A stretch of 63,902 nucleotides of DNA, the filler included. It is 7 parts of 7 records of this genome, joined end to end, with 100 filler letters (N's around TTAATTAATTAA, not from the genome) between each part and the next. Parts side by side here need not be neighbours in the genome. Positions count along the whole stretch, not along the records: positions 1 to 21,778 come from SRR20825010_1140; 6 more parts are not named here. One strand, written 5' to 3'. Shown here in pieces: positions 1 to 8,360 of the stretch (its first letter is position 1; each line of letters begins with the position of its first letter). The translations under genes and the position numbers were made by a program. The notes below the pieces were generated by a model. It was not told the DNA's origin. It searched no databases and saw only the letters and a list, made by a program, of their open reading frames with translations.

Positions 1-711
1 GTGCAGGGCGCTGGCCACTGCGTCGCTGAACCGGCTTTCTTCCACGCCCGCCACGCGAAAACGGTCTTGCACCACATCCAGCAGCTTTTCAACCACCGTG
101 CGGCCTTTTTTAATCGGCGTTTCACGGTGAATGCGGGTGTAGCCTTGGGCGCTTAGAAAATCTTCAATTTCCTGACTTGTAAATTTGGCGGGTACGCGCA
201 CCGGGAAGGTAATAACAAGGCGCGGATCGTGTTGCGCGGCGGCTTTGTCCAGAATGGATTGTTTGATGGTAGCCACCGTGTCTTCCCGCACCCACTGGCC
301 GCATTGGCGGCAATGCAGGTGGGCAGCGCGGGCATAAATCAACTTCAAGTGGTCATTAATTTCAGTCATGGTGCCCACGGTGCTGCGGGAAGTGCGCACG
401 GGGTTGGCCTGGTCAATTGCAATGGCTGGCAACACGCCTTCAATGCTGTCTACATCGGGTTTGTCCATGCGATCCAGAAACTGGCGCGCGTAGGGCGAAA
501 AGGTTTCAACGTAGCGGCGTTGGCCCTCCGCATACAAGGTATCGAACACCAGTGAACTTTTGCCGCTGCCTGAAACCCCGGTGAATACGGTAATGTCACC
601 GGTTTTGATGTCGATGTTGAGGTTTTTCAGGTTGTGCTGGCGTGCCCCCTTGATACGAATTACGTTGCCAAGGTACTGGGAATTTTCGGTGTTTTTCGTT
701 TTGGTGACCAT
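1..711 (-). CDS. uvrA: Excinuclease ABC subunit A (UvrA), N-terminal part, runs off the left edge
   Basis: Absent from the ORF track. Manual translation from ATG at 711 gives MVTKTKNTENSQYLGNVIRIKGARQHNLKN...GVSGSGKSSLVFDTLYAEGQRRYVETFSPYARQFLDRM, i.e. the UvrA N-terminal signature with Walker A. Confidence 0.95.
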   Translation of the reverse strand, partial: MVTKTKNTENSQYLGNVIRIKGARQHNLKNLNIDIKTGDITVFTGVSGSGKSSLVFDTLYAEGQRRYVETFSPYARQFLDRMDKPDVDSIEGVLPAIAIDQANPVRTSRSTVGTMTEINDHLKLIYARAAHLHCRQCGQWVREDTVATIKQSILDKAAAQHDPRLVITFPVRVPAKFTSQEIEDFLSAQGYTRIHRETPIKKGRTVVEKLLDVVQDRFRVAGVEESRFSDAVASALH

Positions 712-764
712 GGGGTGCCTGCGGGGGTAAAACGGTTGCTACAGGCCTTTGATTGTAATGGTTG

Positions 765-793
765 AGGCGGACTTAACTGGGCTTAAGCCGCCT
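765..793 (-). terminator. Hairpin downstream of the 826-1479 gene, probable terminator
   Basis: AGGCGG(A)CTTAA...TTAAGCCGCCT imperfect inverted repeat about 30 nt after the stop; weak U tract. Confidence 0.45.
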
Positions 794-825
794 GCTTGCT
801 TGAAATTATGAAAACCTGCTGTGGC

Positions 826-1479
826 CTATCGGTTTAATGAAAAAGGCTGAACCCGCTGCCGCACGTCAGGCGCTTCGATTTGATCGCGCAAATGAGCCGC
901 TGCAGCATTCAACTTGACCACACTTAACTCACAGATCAATTGCGTGCCAACATTCATGGTTGCCGGCGAAAGGCCTTTTGTGGCCTGGAAGGCATCCATC
1001 AAACTGCGTGCGTTGCGGTGCTCCACATGCGGTTGGCTGTAGCAATTGATGGCTTGCTCAAATGGTAAAACCGTGGACACCAAATTTTCCGCCAAACGAA
1101 TGTGGGTTTCAAAAGTGTCGGTCTCTTGCTCACACTGCACCAGAATTTTTGTTGGCTTTCCTTGCTCAGCCCGCTTAAGGTCGGGTTTATAACTACGATT
1201 CAAGACAGCATCCAAACACCCATTCAAATTGTCTGCGTGCGAATGAATCAACTGACTGCAGCTACGCAAATCATCAAGTTTCTGACGCTGGGCTTCCACA
1301 ACCGGGCGATCAATGCGCAAACGCTTGCATTGTTTAAGGTGTTCCCGGGCAAGCGTATTAACTGACTTGACCAACATGCTCGATTCTTTTTTCAACACCT
1401 GAACATCACCAACAAAACCATCCAGCACCCTGGTGGTGTGCTGTAACTGGGCGCGAAGACTGACGGGTGAATTTTGCAT
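826..1479 (-). CDS. Orphan alpha-helical/coiled-coil protein (about 217 aa), possible secreted effector
   Basis: ORF with AGGAG 8 nt before ATG at 1479 (MQNSPVSLRAQ...). Helical Leu/Gln/Arg-rich composition and no recognisable domain. Confidence 0.65.
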   Translation of the reverse strand: MQNSPVSLRAQLQHTTRVLDGFVGDVQVLKKESSMLVKSVNTLAREHLKQCKRLRIDRPVVEAQRQKLDDLRSCSQLIHSHADNLNGCLDAVLNRSYKPDLKRAEQGKPTKILVQCEQETDTFETHIRLAENLVSTVLPFEQAINCYSQPHVEHRNARSLMDAFQATKGLSPATMNVGTQLICELSVVKLNAAAAHLRDQIEAPDVRQRVQPFSLNR

Positions 1480-1509
1480 GGCTAACACTCCTGAATCGGT
1501 TAAGGAGCG

Positions 1510-1539
1510 CTTCGTGGGAAGACAGGCAAAAATGGTTCC
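1510..1539 (-). promoter_or_regulatory. HrpL-type ECF sigma promoter (hrp box)
   Basis: Minus strand reads GGAACC-N16(atttttgcctgtcttc)-CCACGAAG, an exact match to GGAACC-N15/16-CCACNNA, 30 nt upstream of ATG 1479. Confidence 0.6.
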
Positions 1540-1649
1540 TTAGTACTACCTTTCTGCCAAAAAAACACAAATCCGGACAATCGCGCCAGGCAACTGAACT
1601 TCCCACTGCATCATGGTTACCTAATTTTTTACCCACAAAAAGACAAGCC

Positions 1650-2798
1650 ATGCGCAACACATACCCCCCTGTGAAGTTCATTTTTCATGGTGCAGGCCGT
1701 GAGTATTTCAAAATTTGGCTTGTCAACCTTGTATTGACCATTGCCACCCTGGGTATTTATGCAGCCTGGGCCAAGGTTCGAACCCGCAAATATTTCTACC
1801 AATCCACTGAATTAAATGGCAACCGGTTTGACTACCACGGCGACCCCAAGGCGATTCTTAAAGGCAATTTGCTGGTGGCTGGCATTGCACTGACCTACGT
1901 CGTTTCATCCGCCTATTACCCAGGATTTGCTGGCCTGATATTGCTGGTGGTGATGTGCCTGATGCCATTGCTCCTGGTCATGAGCCTGCGATTTCACTTG
2001 GCCAACAGCAGCTATCGGGGCTTGCGTTTCCACTTCAAAGGCACAGCGAAACGAGCGTATGCCAAGCTGACCCTCACAATTTTGATCTGCCTGGGCTGTT
2101 TTGCTGTGCTCGGCATGGTGTACGGCATTGGCAGCGGCTTCTTCGACCTGGAATTCTCCAGGGTAATTTCAAGCCTTTTGATGATTGCCGCCCCGCTGGT
2201 GCTCATTGTCAGCCTTTCATTCATTTTCGCAATGTTCATCAGTGGCCTGCGCTTGTTTGTCATGAATCATTCACAGTTCGGGAATGCTGAGCTGAATTGC
2301 GGTGCACGGTTTGGCGACTTCGGCAAAGCCACCTTGAAATCAACATTTCTGGCAGGTCTGATTTTGTTTTTTCTGGCGATTGCCGCATTTGCCGTCCAAG
2401 TATCCATGCAAACCATGCAAGCCATGGACATGCTTTCAAGCCTCGGTGCAATTGTGGTGCTGGCTTATCTCGTACTGTTTGCATTTGGTGCATATTTGAA
2501 AACCACAATTGATAACCTGGTGTGGAATAACACCACGCTGGCAAACCAACATCAATTCAAAAGCACCGCAAGCCCAATTACCGCAACATGGATTCACATC
2601 AGCAATATTTTTCTGATTATTTGCACCATCGGTTTATTTCTGCCTTTTGCGCGAATTCGTTCAACCCGCTACCGAATCGCCCACATGACATTGTTACCTG
2701 TGGGCAGCATCGACGAAATTGTGCAGGAAGAGCAAGTCAAACAAAAAGCATTTGGTGACAGCATGAGCGACGCGCTCGGTTTGGAACTTGCCATTTGA
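1650..2798 (+). CDS. YjgN/DUF898 family inner membrane protein
   Basis: F.G...EYFKIWLVNLVLTIATLGIYAAWAKVRTRKYFY motif and multiple TM helices. Start moved to ATG 1650. Confidence 0.9.
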   Translation: MRNTYPPVKFIFHGAGREYFKIWLVNLVLTIATLGIYAAWAKVRTRKYFYQSTELNGNRFDYHGDPKAILKGNLLVAGIALTYVVSSAYYPGFAGLILLVVMCLMPLLLVMSLRFHLANSSYRGLRFHFKGTAKRAYAKLTLTILICLGCFAVLGMVYGIGSGFFDLEFSRVISSLLMIAAPLVLIVSLSFIFAMFISGLRLFVMNHSQFGNAELNCGARFGDFGKATLKSTFLAGLILFFLAIAAFAVQVSMQTMQAMDMLSSLGAIVVLAYLVLFAFGAYLKTTIDNLVWNNTTLANQHQFKSTASPITATWIHISNIFLIICTIGLFLPFARIRSTRYRIAHMTLLPVGSIDEIVQEEQVKQKAFGDSMSDALGLELAI

Positions 2799-3829
2799 AC
2801 CCAAGCCAGCAGCCGCCCACCACTTTACCTGCCATGTACTTCGATGGGCAGGTACTGAAAGGCACCCCCGTAAACGTTCACAGCGATGCGGGGCAACTGG
2901 TATTTTTTCTCGGCGACACACAACACAGTGTCGCTTTGCAAAGTATCAAGCGCTCGGAAAGCTTTGGCAATGCACCAATTGTGCTTGAATTACCCAATGG
3001 CGCCACACTCGAATTTGATCGGGAAAGCAGCCTGAATACGCTTAAATTCTGGAACGTACTTTCGCTAAGCTGGTTTGAGAAAGTTCAATACCACCCCACT
3101 CAATGGCTGATTATCAGCCTTGTGTCCATCGCATTTGCAACAGGTATTTACGTTCAGGGTTTGCCGTTGCTTGGCAAATGGATTGCTTTTGCCATGCCGC
3201 AGGCCAAGGTATCAGAGTTAATGGGGGACGTTCTGATTGAACTGGACGGTTTTATCTTTGAACCCAGCCATCTTGGCGATCAGGCCAAAGCCATTCACCA
3301 GCAGCAGCTGAATGCCCTCATTGTCGACCAACCCGCGCTGTCCCATGTCAAGCTTGCATTTCGCAAAAGTAAAATAGGGCCCAACGCTTTTGCCTTGCCC
3401 GATGGCACCATCGTTTTAACCGATGAACTTTTGAATTCATTGTCAGCAGAAACAATTCCCGGTGTTTTGGCGCATGAATTGGGGCATATAGAGCTTCGCC
3501 ACATGACGCGTCGATTGCTGCAAAACGCGATTGTTGGTACCTTGATTGCCACTTTCTCAGGCGATGTGTCGATACTGATCAGCACCCTGGGCACACAATT
3601 GCTTGCACAGCACTACAGCAGAGAATTTGAACTGGAAGCTGATTTGTTTGCCATTGAACTGTTTGTGAAGCAGGGGCGCGACTTGGCTGCGCTTGAATTG
3701 CTGCATGAACAATTGGGTGTACTGAACAGATCCGCCCCTGCAAATCCGTCTTATCTGGACAGCCACCCCGGTGCCAAGGAACGAATTAGATTGATTCGGG
3801 AAAACCAGCAAAATACGAAAACCCGCTAA
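2795..3829 (+). CDS. M48 family zinc metallopeptidase
   Basis: PNAFALPDG, HELGH (HEXXH), YSREFELEAD and SHP motifs. Overlaps the YjgN stop; this is a commonly paired gene. Confidence 0.9.
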   Translation: MNPSQQPPTTLPAMYFDGQVLKGTPVNVHSDAGQLVFFLGDTQHSVALQSIKRSESFGNAPIVLELPNGATLEFDRESSLNTLKFWNVLSLSWFEKVQYHPTQWLIISLVSIAFATGIYVQGLPLLGKWIAFAMPQAKVSELMGDVLIELDGFIFEPSHLGDQAKAIHQQQLNALIVDQPALSHVKLAFRKSKIGPNAFALPDGTIVLTDELLNSLSAETIPGVLAHELGHIELRHMTRRLLQNAIVGTLIATFSGDVSILISTLGTQLLAQHYSREFELEADLFAIELFVKQGRDLAALELLHEQLGVLNRSAPANPSYLDSHPGAKERIRLIRENQQNTKTR

Positions 3830-3961
3830 GCGGGTCTGGACTACCCCGTCTTCATTGACAAAGCGGAGCCTCATTTTGAGGCTGCTTCAATTGACTGTCG
3901 AGACTCATCGGCTTTGTCACGCACTTTCGCATAAACTGGCATGTTGTTACTCCCTTCCCGG

Positions 3962-4513
3962 TTAATGAATTCGGCGATTCAGGGCTGCTACTTTTGTATC
4001 CAGATCAGACTGAATATCCTGAGGAGTAAATCGTGCCGCCTGCTTCAGGCTACCGACCGCCGCACTTACCTTGGGCTCCTGGTCGGCCCCCAACCTGCTG
4101 GCCCTTTGCAATATTTTATTAACCTGACCGGTACACCAGTTCACTTTGTCGGCTTGAGGAATCATCGCCACATTTCCCCGGAACAAGCCATCTTGATGCG
4201 CCGAAAAGAAATCAATTTCGCGGTCTAGGCTTTGCGCCTTGGCTGCAAAACCTTTAAGCGCATCTTTGGCAGAACCCAATATTTTGATCAAATCTTTGGA
4301 TTGAATTGAGCCGCCTTGACGATCAAAAACAAGCGTCCTGGTATTGCCGGTAGTGGAGGAAACATGGGCTTTCATTTCCCGCGCTGTTTGGGCCAACGCA
4401 AGTGCTGCATTGGCCAATGGGGAAACATCTCTTTTTACATTGCTTAAGTTTTGCTTGTTTAGATTGTGTGTCTCCAGAACATGACTACGGGAACTTGCTG
4501 AATTTTAATACAT
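3962..4513 (-). pseudogene. Orphan helical protein gene with in-frame TAA at codon 3 (or an intact shorter gene from TTG 4417)
   Basis: GGAG-N8-ATG TAT TAA AAT TCA GCA AGT... at 4513 is in frame with the 151-aa ORF 3962-4417, and the frame is otherwise open from 4504. Confidence 0.5.
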
Positions 4514-4607
4514 GCCTGCTTCTCCAGATAAAGCCACAAAAGGATAAGTCTGTTGACTTTAAAAACCGGAAGTTCGATTTTGCAGCATTGCTTGATCAGT
4601 TCTGCAC

Positions 4608-4679
4608 AACAAAAATCCCGCTCAGGCTTTGCAACCTGGCGGGATTCATCACTACAACACCGCAAACAAACTGCGGTGT
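4608..4679 (-). terminator. Tandem hairpins/intrinsic terminator after aroG
   Basis: Minus strand: ACACCGCA-gtttgtt-TGCGGTGT, then AATCCCGC-CAGG...CCTG-AGCGGGATT followed by TTTGTT. Confidence 0.7.
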
Positions 4680-4688
4680 AAAAACTGC

Positions 4689-5753
4689 TTATGCCACTTG
4701 GGCTAACCTGCGCTTGCGCACGCCTTGTGCCAAGGTGTCCAGCACTTGCAGGCTGTCATCCCAGCCCACGCAGCCATCGGTAATACTTTGGCCGTAGGTT
4801 AAGGGCTTGCCGGGTTCCAAATCCTGGCGACCTTCCACCAGGTGGCTTTCAACCATCACACCCATGATACGTACATCGCCCGCAGCCAGTTGCTCGGCGA
4901 TGTTTTCACACACGCCCACCTGGTTTTTGGGCACTTTGCTGCTGTTGCCATGGCTTGCGTCGATCATGATTCGGGCTGCCAAGCCGGCCTTGCCAATGTC
5001 GGCAGCTGCTGCTTCAACTGAGGCTGCATCGTAGTTGGGGCCTTTGCCACCACGCAGAATGATGTGGCAATCTTCATTGCCCGAAGTGCTGACAATCGCG
5101 CTGCGGCCTTCTTTCGTAACACTCAGGAAGTGGTGCGGGTGTTGCGCCGCCTTGATGGCGTCCACGGCAATTTTCACATTGCCATCGGTACCGTTTTTGA
5201 AACCGACCGGGCAGCTAAGGCCTGAAGACAGTTCACGGTGGATCTGGCTTTCCGTGGTGCGGGCACCAATGGCGCCCCAGCTCACCAAATCAGCAATGTA
5301 TTGGGGGGTGATCATGTCCAGAAACTCTGTACCAGCAGGCAAACCAAGACCGTTGATGTTCAACAACACTTCACGCGCCATGCGCAGGCCTTTGTTGATC
5401 TCGAAGCTGCCATCCAGGTTTGGGTCGTTGATCAAGCCCTTCCAGCCCACGGTTGTGCGTGGCTTTTCGAAGTAAACACGCATCACAATTTCAAGGTCTT
5501 CTGCGTATTTCTCGCGGTATACCCTTAGTTTGTTGGCGTATTCCATGGCAGCTTTCACGTCGTGAATAGAACATGGGCCCATCACCACGATCAGGCGATC
5601 ATCGCCGCCATGCAAAATTTTATGCAAGGCAGTGCGGCAACCCGACACGGTGTCTGCAATTGCAGGCGTAATAGGCACTTCCGCGATCAAGGCCGCAGGG
5701 GTGGTCAGTTCTTTAATTTCTTTGATTCTCAAGTCGTCTGTTACCGTGTTCAT
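4689..5753 (-). CDS. aroG: 3-deoxy-7-phosphoheptulonate (DAHP) synthase, class I-alpha
   Basis: GPCSIHD, RVYFEKPRTTVGWKG, IGARTTESQ and GFKNGTDG motifs; AGGAG RBS. Confidence 0.97.
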   Translation of the reverse strand: MNTVTDDLRIKEIKELTTPAALIAEVPITPAIADTVSGCRTALHKILHGGDDRLIVVMGPCSIHDVKAAMEYANKLRVYREKYAEDLEIVMRVYFEKPRTTVGWKGLINDPNLDGSFEINKGLRMAREVLLNINGLGLPAGTEFLDMITPQYIADLVSWGAIGARTTESQIHRELSSGLSCPVGFKNGTDGNVKIAVDAIKAAQHPHHFLSVTKEGRSAIVSTSGNEDCHIILRGGKGPNYDAASVEAAAADIGKAGLAARIMIDASHGNSSKVPKNQVGVCENIAEQLAAGDVRIMGVMVESHLVEGRQDLEPGKPLTYGQSITDGCVGWDDSLQVLDTLAQGVRKRRLAQVA

Positions 5754-5801
5754 GCCAATTCTCCTGAATGCTGGCGCGCTTTTTGTTCAAAGTGTCGGTT
5801 C

Positions 5802-5838
5802 AAAAAAAAACCGCCAGGTGTTTGGGGCCTGGCGGTTT
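5802..5838 (-). terminator. Attenuator terminator in the aroG leader
   Basis: Minus strand: AAACCGCCAGG-ccccaaaca-CCTGGCGG-TTTTTTTTT, between the leader ORF and the aroG start. Confidence 0.85.
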
Positions 5839-5863
5839 CGGGATCTGTTTGAACTTCGTGTTT

Positions 5864-5950
5864 TTACGCACAATCCTTTACCGCCGCTTGCCCAAACCAG
5901 GCAAAGAAGCCGAAAAAAGAATAAAAAGAGTGCGCGAAATTCGTGTTCAT
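5864..5950 (-). CDS. Aromatic-rich leader peptide of aroG (MNTNFAHSFYSFFGFFAWFGQAAVKDCA)
   Basis: 28-aa ORF with 7 Phe, 1 Tyr and 1 Trp within codons 5-19, directly upstream of a terminator and aroG. Confidence 0.8.
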   Translation of the reverse strand: MNTNFAHSFYSFFGFFAWFGQAAVKDCA

Positions 5951-6072
5951 CTTTTCAATGTAATCAATTCGTGGCTGCCGTGCAAGCGCGCAAGCCGCAA
6001 TTTTAGCAAGCCATGGGCTGATGTGGCTTGCATCCCACTGAAATATCAGCAAATTTGATTGTCGGGCGCCAT

Positions 6073-7542
6073 TTACTGCGTTCCACCCATCACCAACCCA
6101 TCAATGCGCAAAGTAGGCTGACCCACGCCCACGGGCACACTTTGGCCTTCCTTTCCGCAGGTGCCCACGCCATCGTCCAGCGCCATGTCATTGCCAACCA
6201 TGGAAATTCGGGTTAGCGATTCCGGGCCGTTTCCAATCAACGTGGCGCCCTTCACTGGGTAGGTAATCTTGCCATTTTCAATTTTGTAAGCCAGTGAAGC
6301 CGAAAACACAAATTTGCCGCTGGTAATGTCGACCTGGCCGCCGCCGAAATTCACGGCATACACGCCGTCTTTCACGCTGGCGATAATTTCCTCGGGGGTT
6401 TTGTCGCCATTCAGCATGTAAGTGTTGGTCATGCGGGGCATGGGCAGGTGGGCAAAACTTTCACGGCGACCGTTGCCTGTGACAGGCATTTTCATCAACC
6501 GAGCATTGGTAATGTCCTGGATATAGCCCTTCAAAATGCCGTCTTCAATCAAGGTGGTGCACTGGGTTTTGTTGCCTTCGTCGTCGATATTCAAGGAACC
6601 GCGGCGACCTGCCAACGTACCGTCATCAACAATTGTTACGCCTTTGGCCGCCACGCGCTGGCCAATCATGCCGGAAAACGCACTGCTGCCTTTGCGGTTG
6701 AAGTCGCCTTCCAGGCCGTGGCCAATCGCTTCATGCAACAGAATACCGGGCCAGCCAGAACCAAGCACCACAGTTTGCGACCCGGTGGGGGCGGGCCTTG
6801 CTTCAAGGTTGATCAGGGCCTGGTCTACTGCAGTGTTGGCATGGTGCATCAGGAATGCATCGTCAAAACAACCAAAATCGTAGCGCCCGCCCGCACCCGA
6901 TGAGCCGGTTTCCCGGCGGCCTTTGTGCTCGACCACCACACTTACGCCTACACGCACCAATGGGCGCACATCGGCGGCCAGCACACCGTCGCTTCGGGCC
7001 ACCAGCACCACATCGTAAGCACCCACAATGTTGGCCATGACCTGCTTGACCCGTTTGTCGCGCTTGCGGGCAAATTGTTCAAGGCGCTTGAGCAGGTCTA
7101 CTTTTTCAGTGGATGTCAGCGTTGGGATGGGGTTCAAGGGGCTGTAAAGCGCGCGACTTTCCCCGCCAGCAAAGCCTTTGCCGGTTTTCAGGTTGCGGTT
7201 GGCTGTTTTGCCCAGGCTTGCAATTTCGCGCACCGATTTGGCTGCAGCCAAAATTGGCTTGAATGCAATGTCGTCGGAATACGCGAAAGCAGTTTTGTCG
7301 CCGCTAACGGCGCGCACGCCCACGCCTTGCTCAATGTTGTAGCTGCCGGACTTCACAATGCCTTCGTCAAGCGACCAACCTTCCAGGCAACCGTACTGAA
7401 AATACAGGTCCGCAAAATCAACCTTGTGCGAAAAAATTTCGCCAAAAGCTTTCTGAATGTGCCCTTCATCAATGCCGTAGGGGGTCCACAACAGGCTTTG
7501 GGCGGTGGCCAGGTTGGAAATGGCGGGGTCTACTACTTTCAT
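6073..7542 (-). CDS. tldD: Metalloprotease TldD
   Basis: LLHEAIGHGLEGDFNRKG, MPRMTNTYM and GTCGKEGQSVPVGVGQP motifs. Start set at ATG 7542. Confidence 0.96.
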   Translation of the reverse strand: MKVVDPAISNLATAQSLLWTPYGIDEGHIQKAFGEIFSHKVDFADLYFQYGCLEGWSLDEGIVKSGSYNIEQGVGVRAVSGDKTAFAYSDDIAFKPILAAAKSVREIASLGKTANRNLKTGKGFAGGESRALYSPLNPIPTLTSTEKVDLLKRLEQFARKRDKRVKQVMANIVGAYDVVLVARSDGVLAADVRPLVRVGVSVVVEHKGRRETGSSGAGGRYDFGCFDDAFLMHHANTAVDQALINLEARPAPTGSQTVVLGSGWPGILLHEAIGHGLEGDFNRKGSSAFSGMIGQRVAAKGVTIVDDGTLAGRRGSLNIDDEGNKTQCTTLIEDGILKGYIQDITNARLMKMPVTGNGRRESFAHLPMPRMTNTYMLNGDKTPEEIIASVKDGVYAVNFGGGQVDITSGKFVFSASLAYKIENGKITYPVKGATLIGNGPESLTRISMVGNDMALDDGVGTCGKEGQSVPVGVGQPTLRIDGLVMGGTQ

Positions 7543-7552
7543 GTTCAATCCT

Positions 7553-8359
7553 TTAAAGCACGCGGTGCGTAAGCGCGGGCAAGCTGTTTCGCACATCAAT
7601 TATCTTAACAGGGTCAAGCTGACCAAGCATCACACCTTCGCCCTCAGCCAAAATATTCTCGACCTCGCCCCAAGGGTTCACCAGCATGGAATGACCCCAG
7701 GTGCGGCGCCCATTCTCGTGCAAACCACCCTGCCCGCAGGCAAGCACGTAACACTGGTTTTCAATTGCGCGGGCCCGCATCAGCACTTCCCAGTGCGCGC
7801 GGCCAGTGGTGTAGGTGAACGCGGCGGGCATGACAACAAGGTCGACTTGGCCCATGGCACGGTACAGCTCGGGGAAACGCAGGTCGTAGCACACTGACAA
7901 GCCGACCTTGAAGCCGTCAATGTCAGCAACCACGGGGGTTTTGCCGGGCAGCAGCACGCGTGCCTCGTCGTAACTTTCCTGCCCTTTTGTGAAGCAAAAC
8001 AGGTGGATTTTGTCGTAACGTGCGGTGCACTGCCCCTGCGGATTGAATACCAGCGTGGTGTTGTACACGCGGCCTTCCGTGTCGCTTGAAATGGGCAGTG
8101 TGCCTGCCACAATGTGCACATTGCGCACCACCGCCTGGTCAGCCAGAAATTCCTGTATCGGGCCCTGCCCGAAGGGTTCGGCAATTGCCAGCTTGTCGGT
8201 GTCTTTGTTGCCCATCAGGCAAAAGTATTCAGGCAACAGCACCATGCGCGCGCCCTGCTTCGCGGCCTGACCGATCAGGCGCTGCACAATGTCCAGATTG
8301 CGCTCCACATCGGGGGTGGCAACCATTTGCAAACTGGCAACGGTCATCGGCTTGGTCAT
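7553..8359 (-). CDS. Carbon-nitrogen hydrolase (Nit1-like amidase)
   Basis: LPEY, YDKIHLF and CYDLRFPE catalytic triad motifs; conserved yhdP-nit-tldD order. Confidence 0.93.
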   Translation of the reverse strand: MTKPMTVASLQMVATPDVERNLDIVQRLIGQAAKQGARMVLLPEYFCLMGNKDTDKLAIAEPFGQGPIQEFLADQAVVRNVHIVAGTLPISSDTEGRVYNTTLVFNPQGQCTARYDKIHLFCFTKGQESYDEARVLLPGKTPVVADIDGFKVGLSVCYDLRFPELYRAMGQVDLVVMPAAFTYTTGRAHWEVLMRARAIENQCYVLACGQGGLHENGRRTWGHSMLVNPWGEVENILAEGEGVMLGQLDPVKIIDVRNSLPALTHRVL

Positions 8360-8360
8360 G

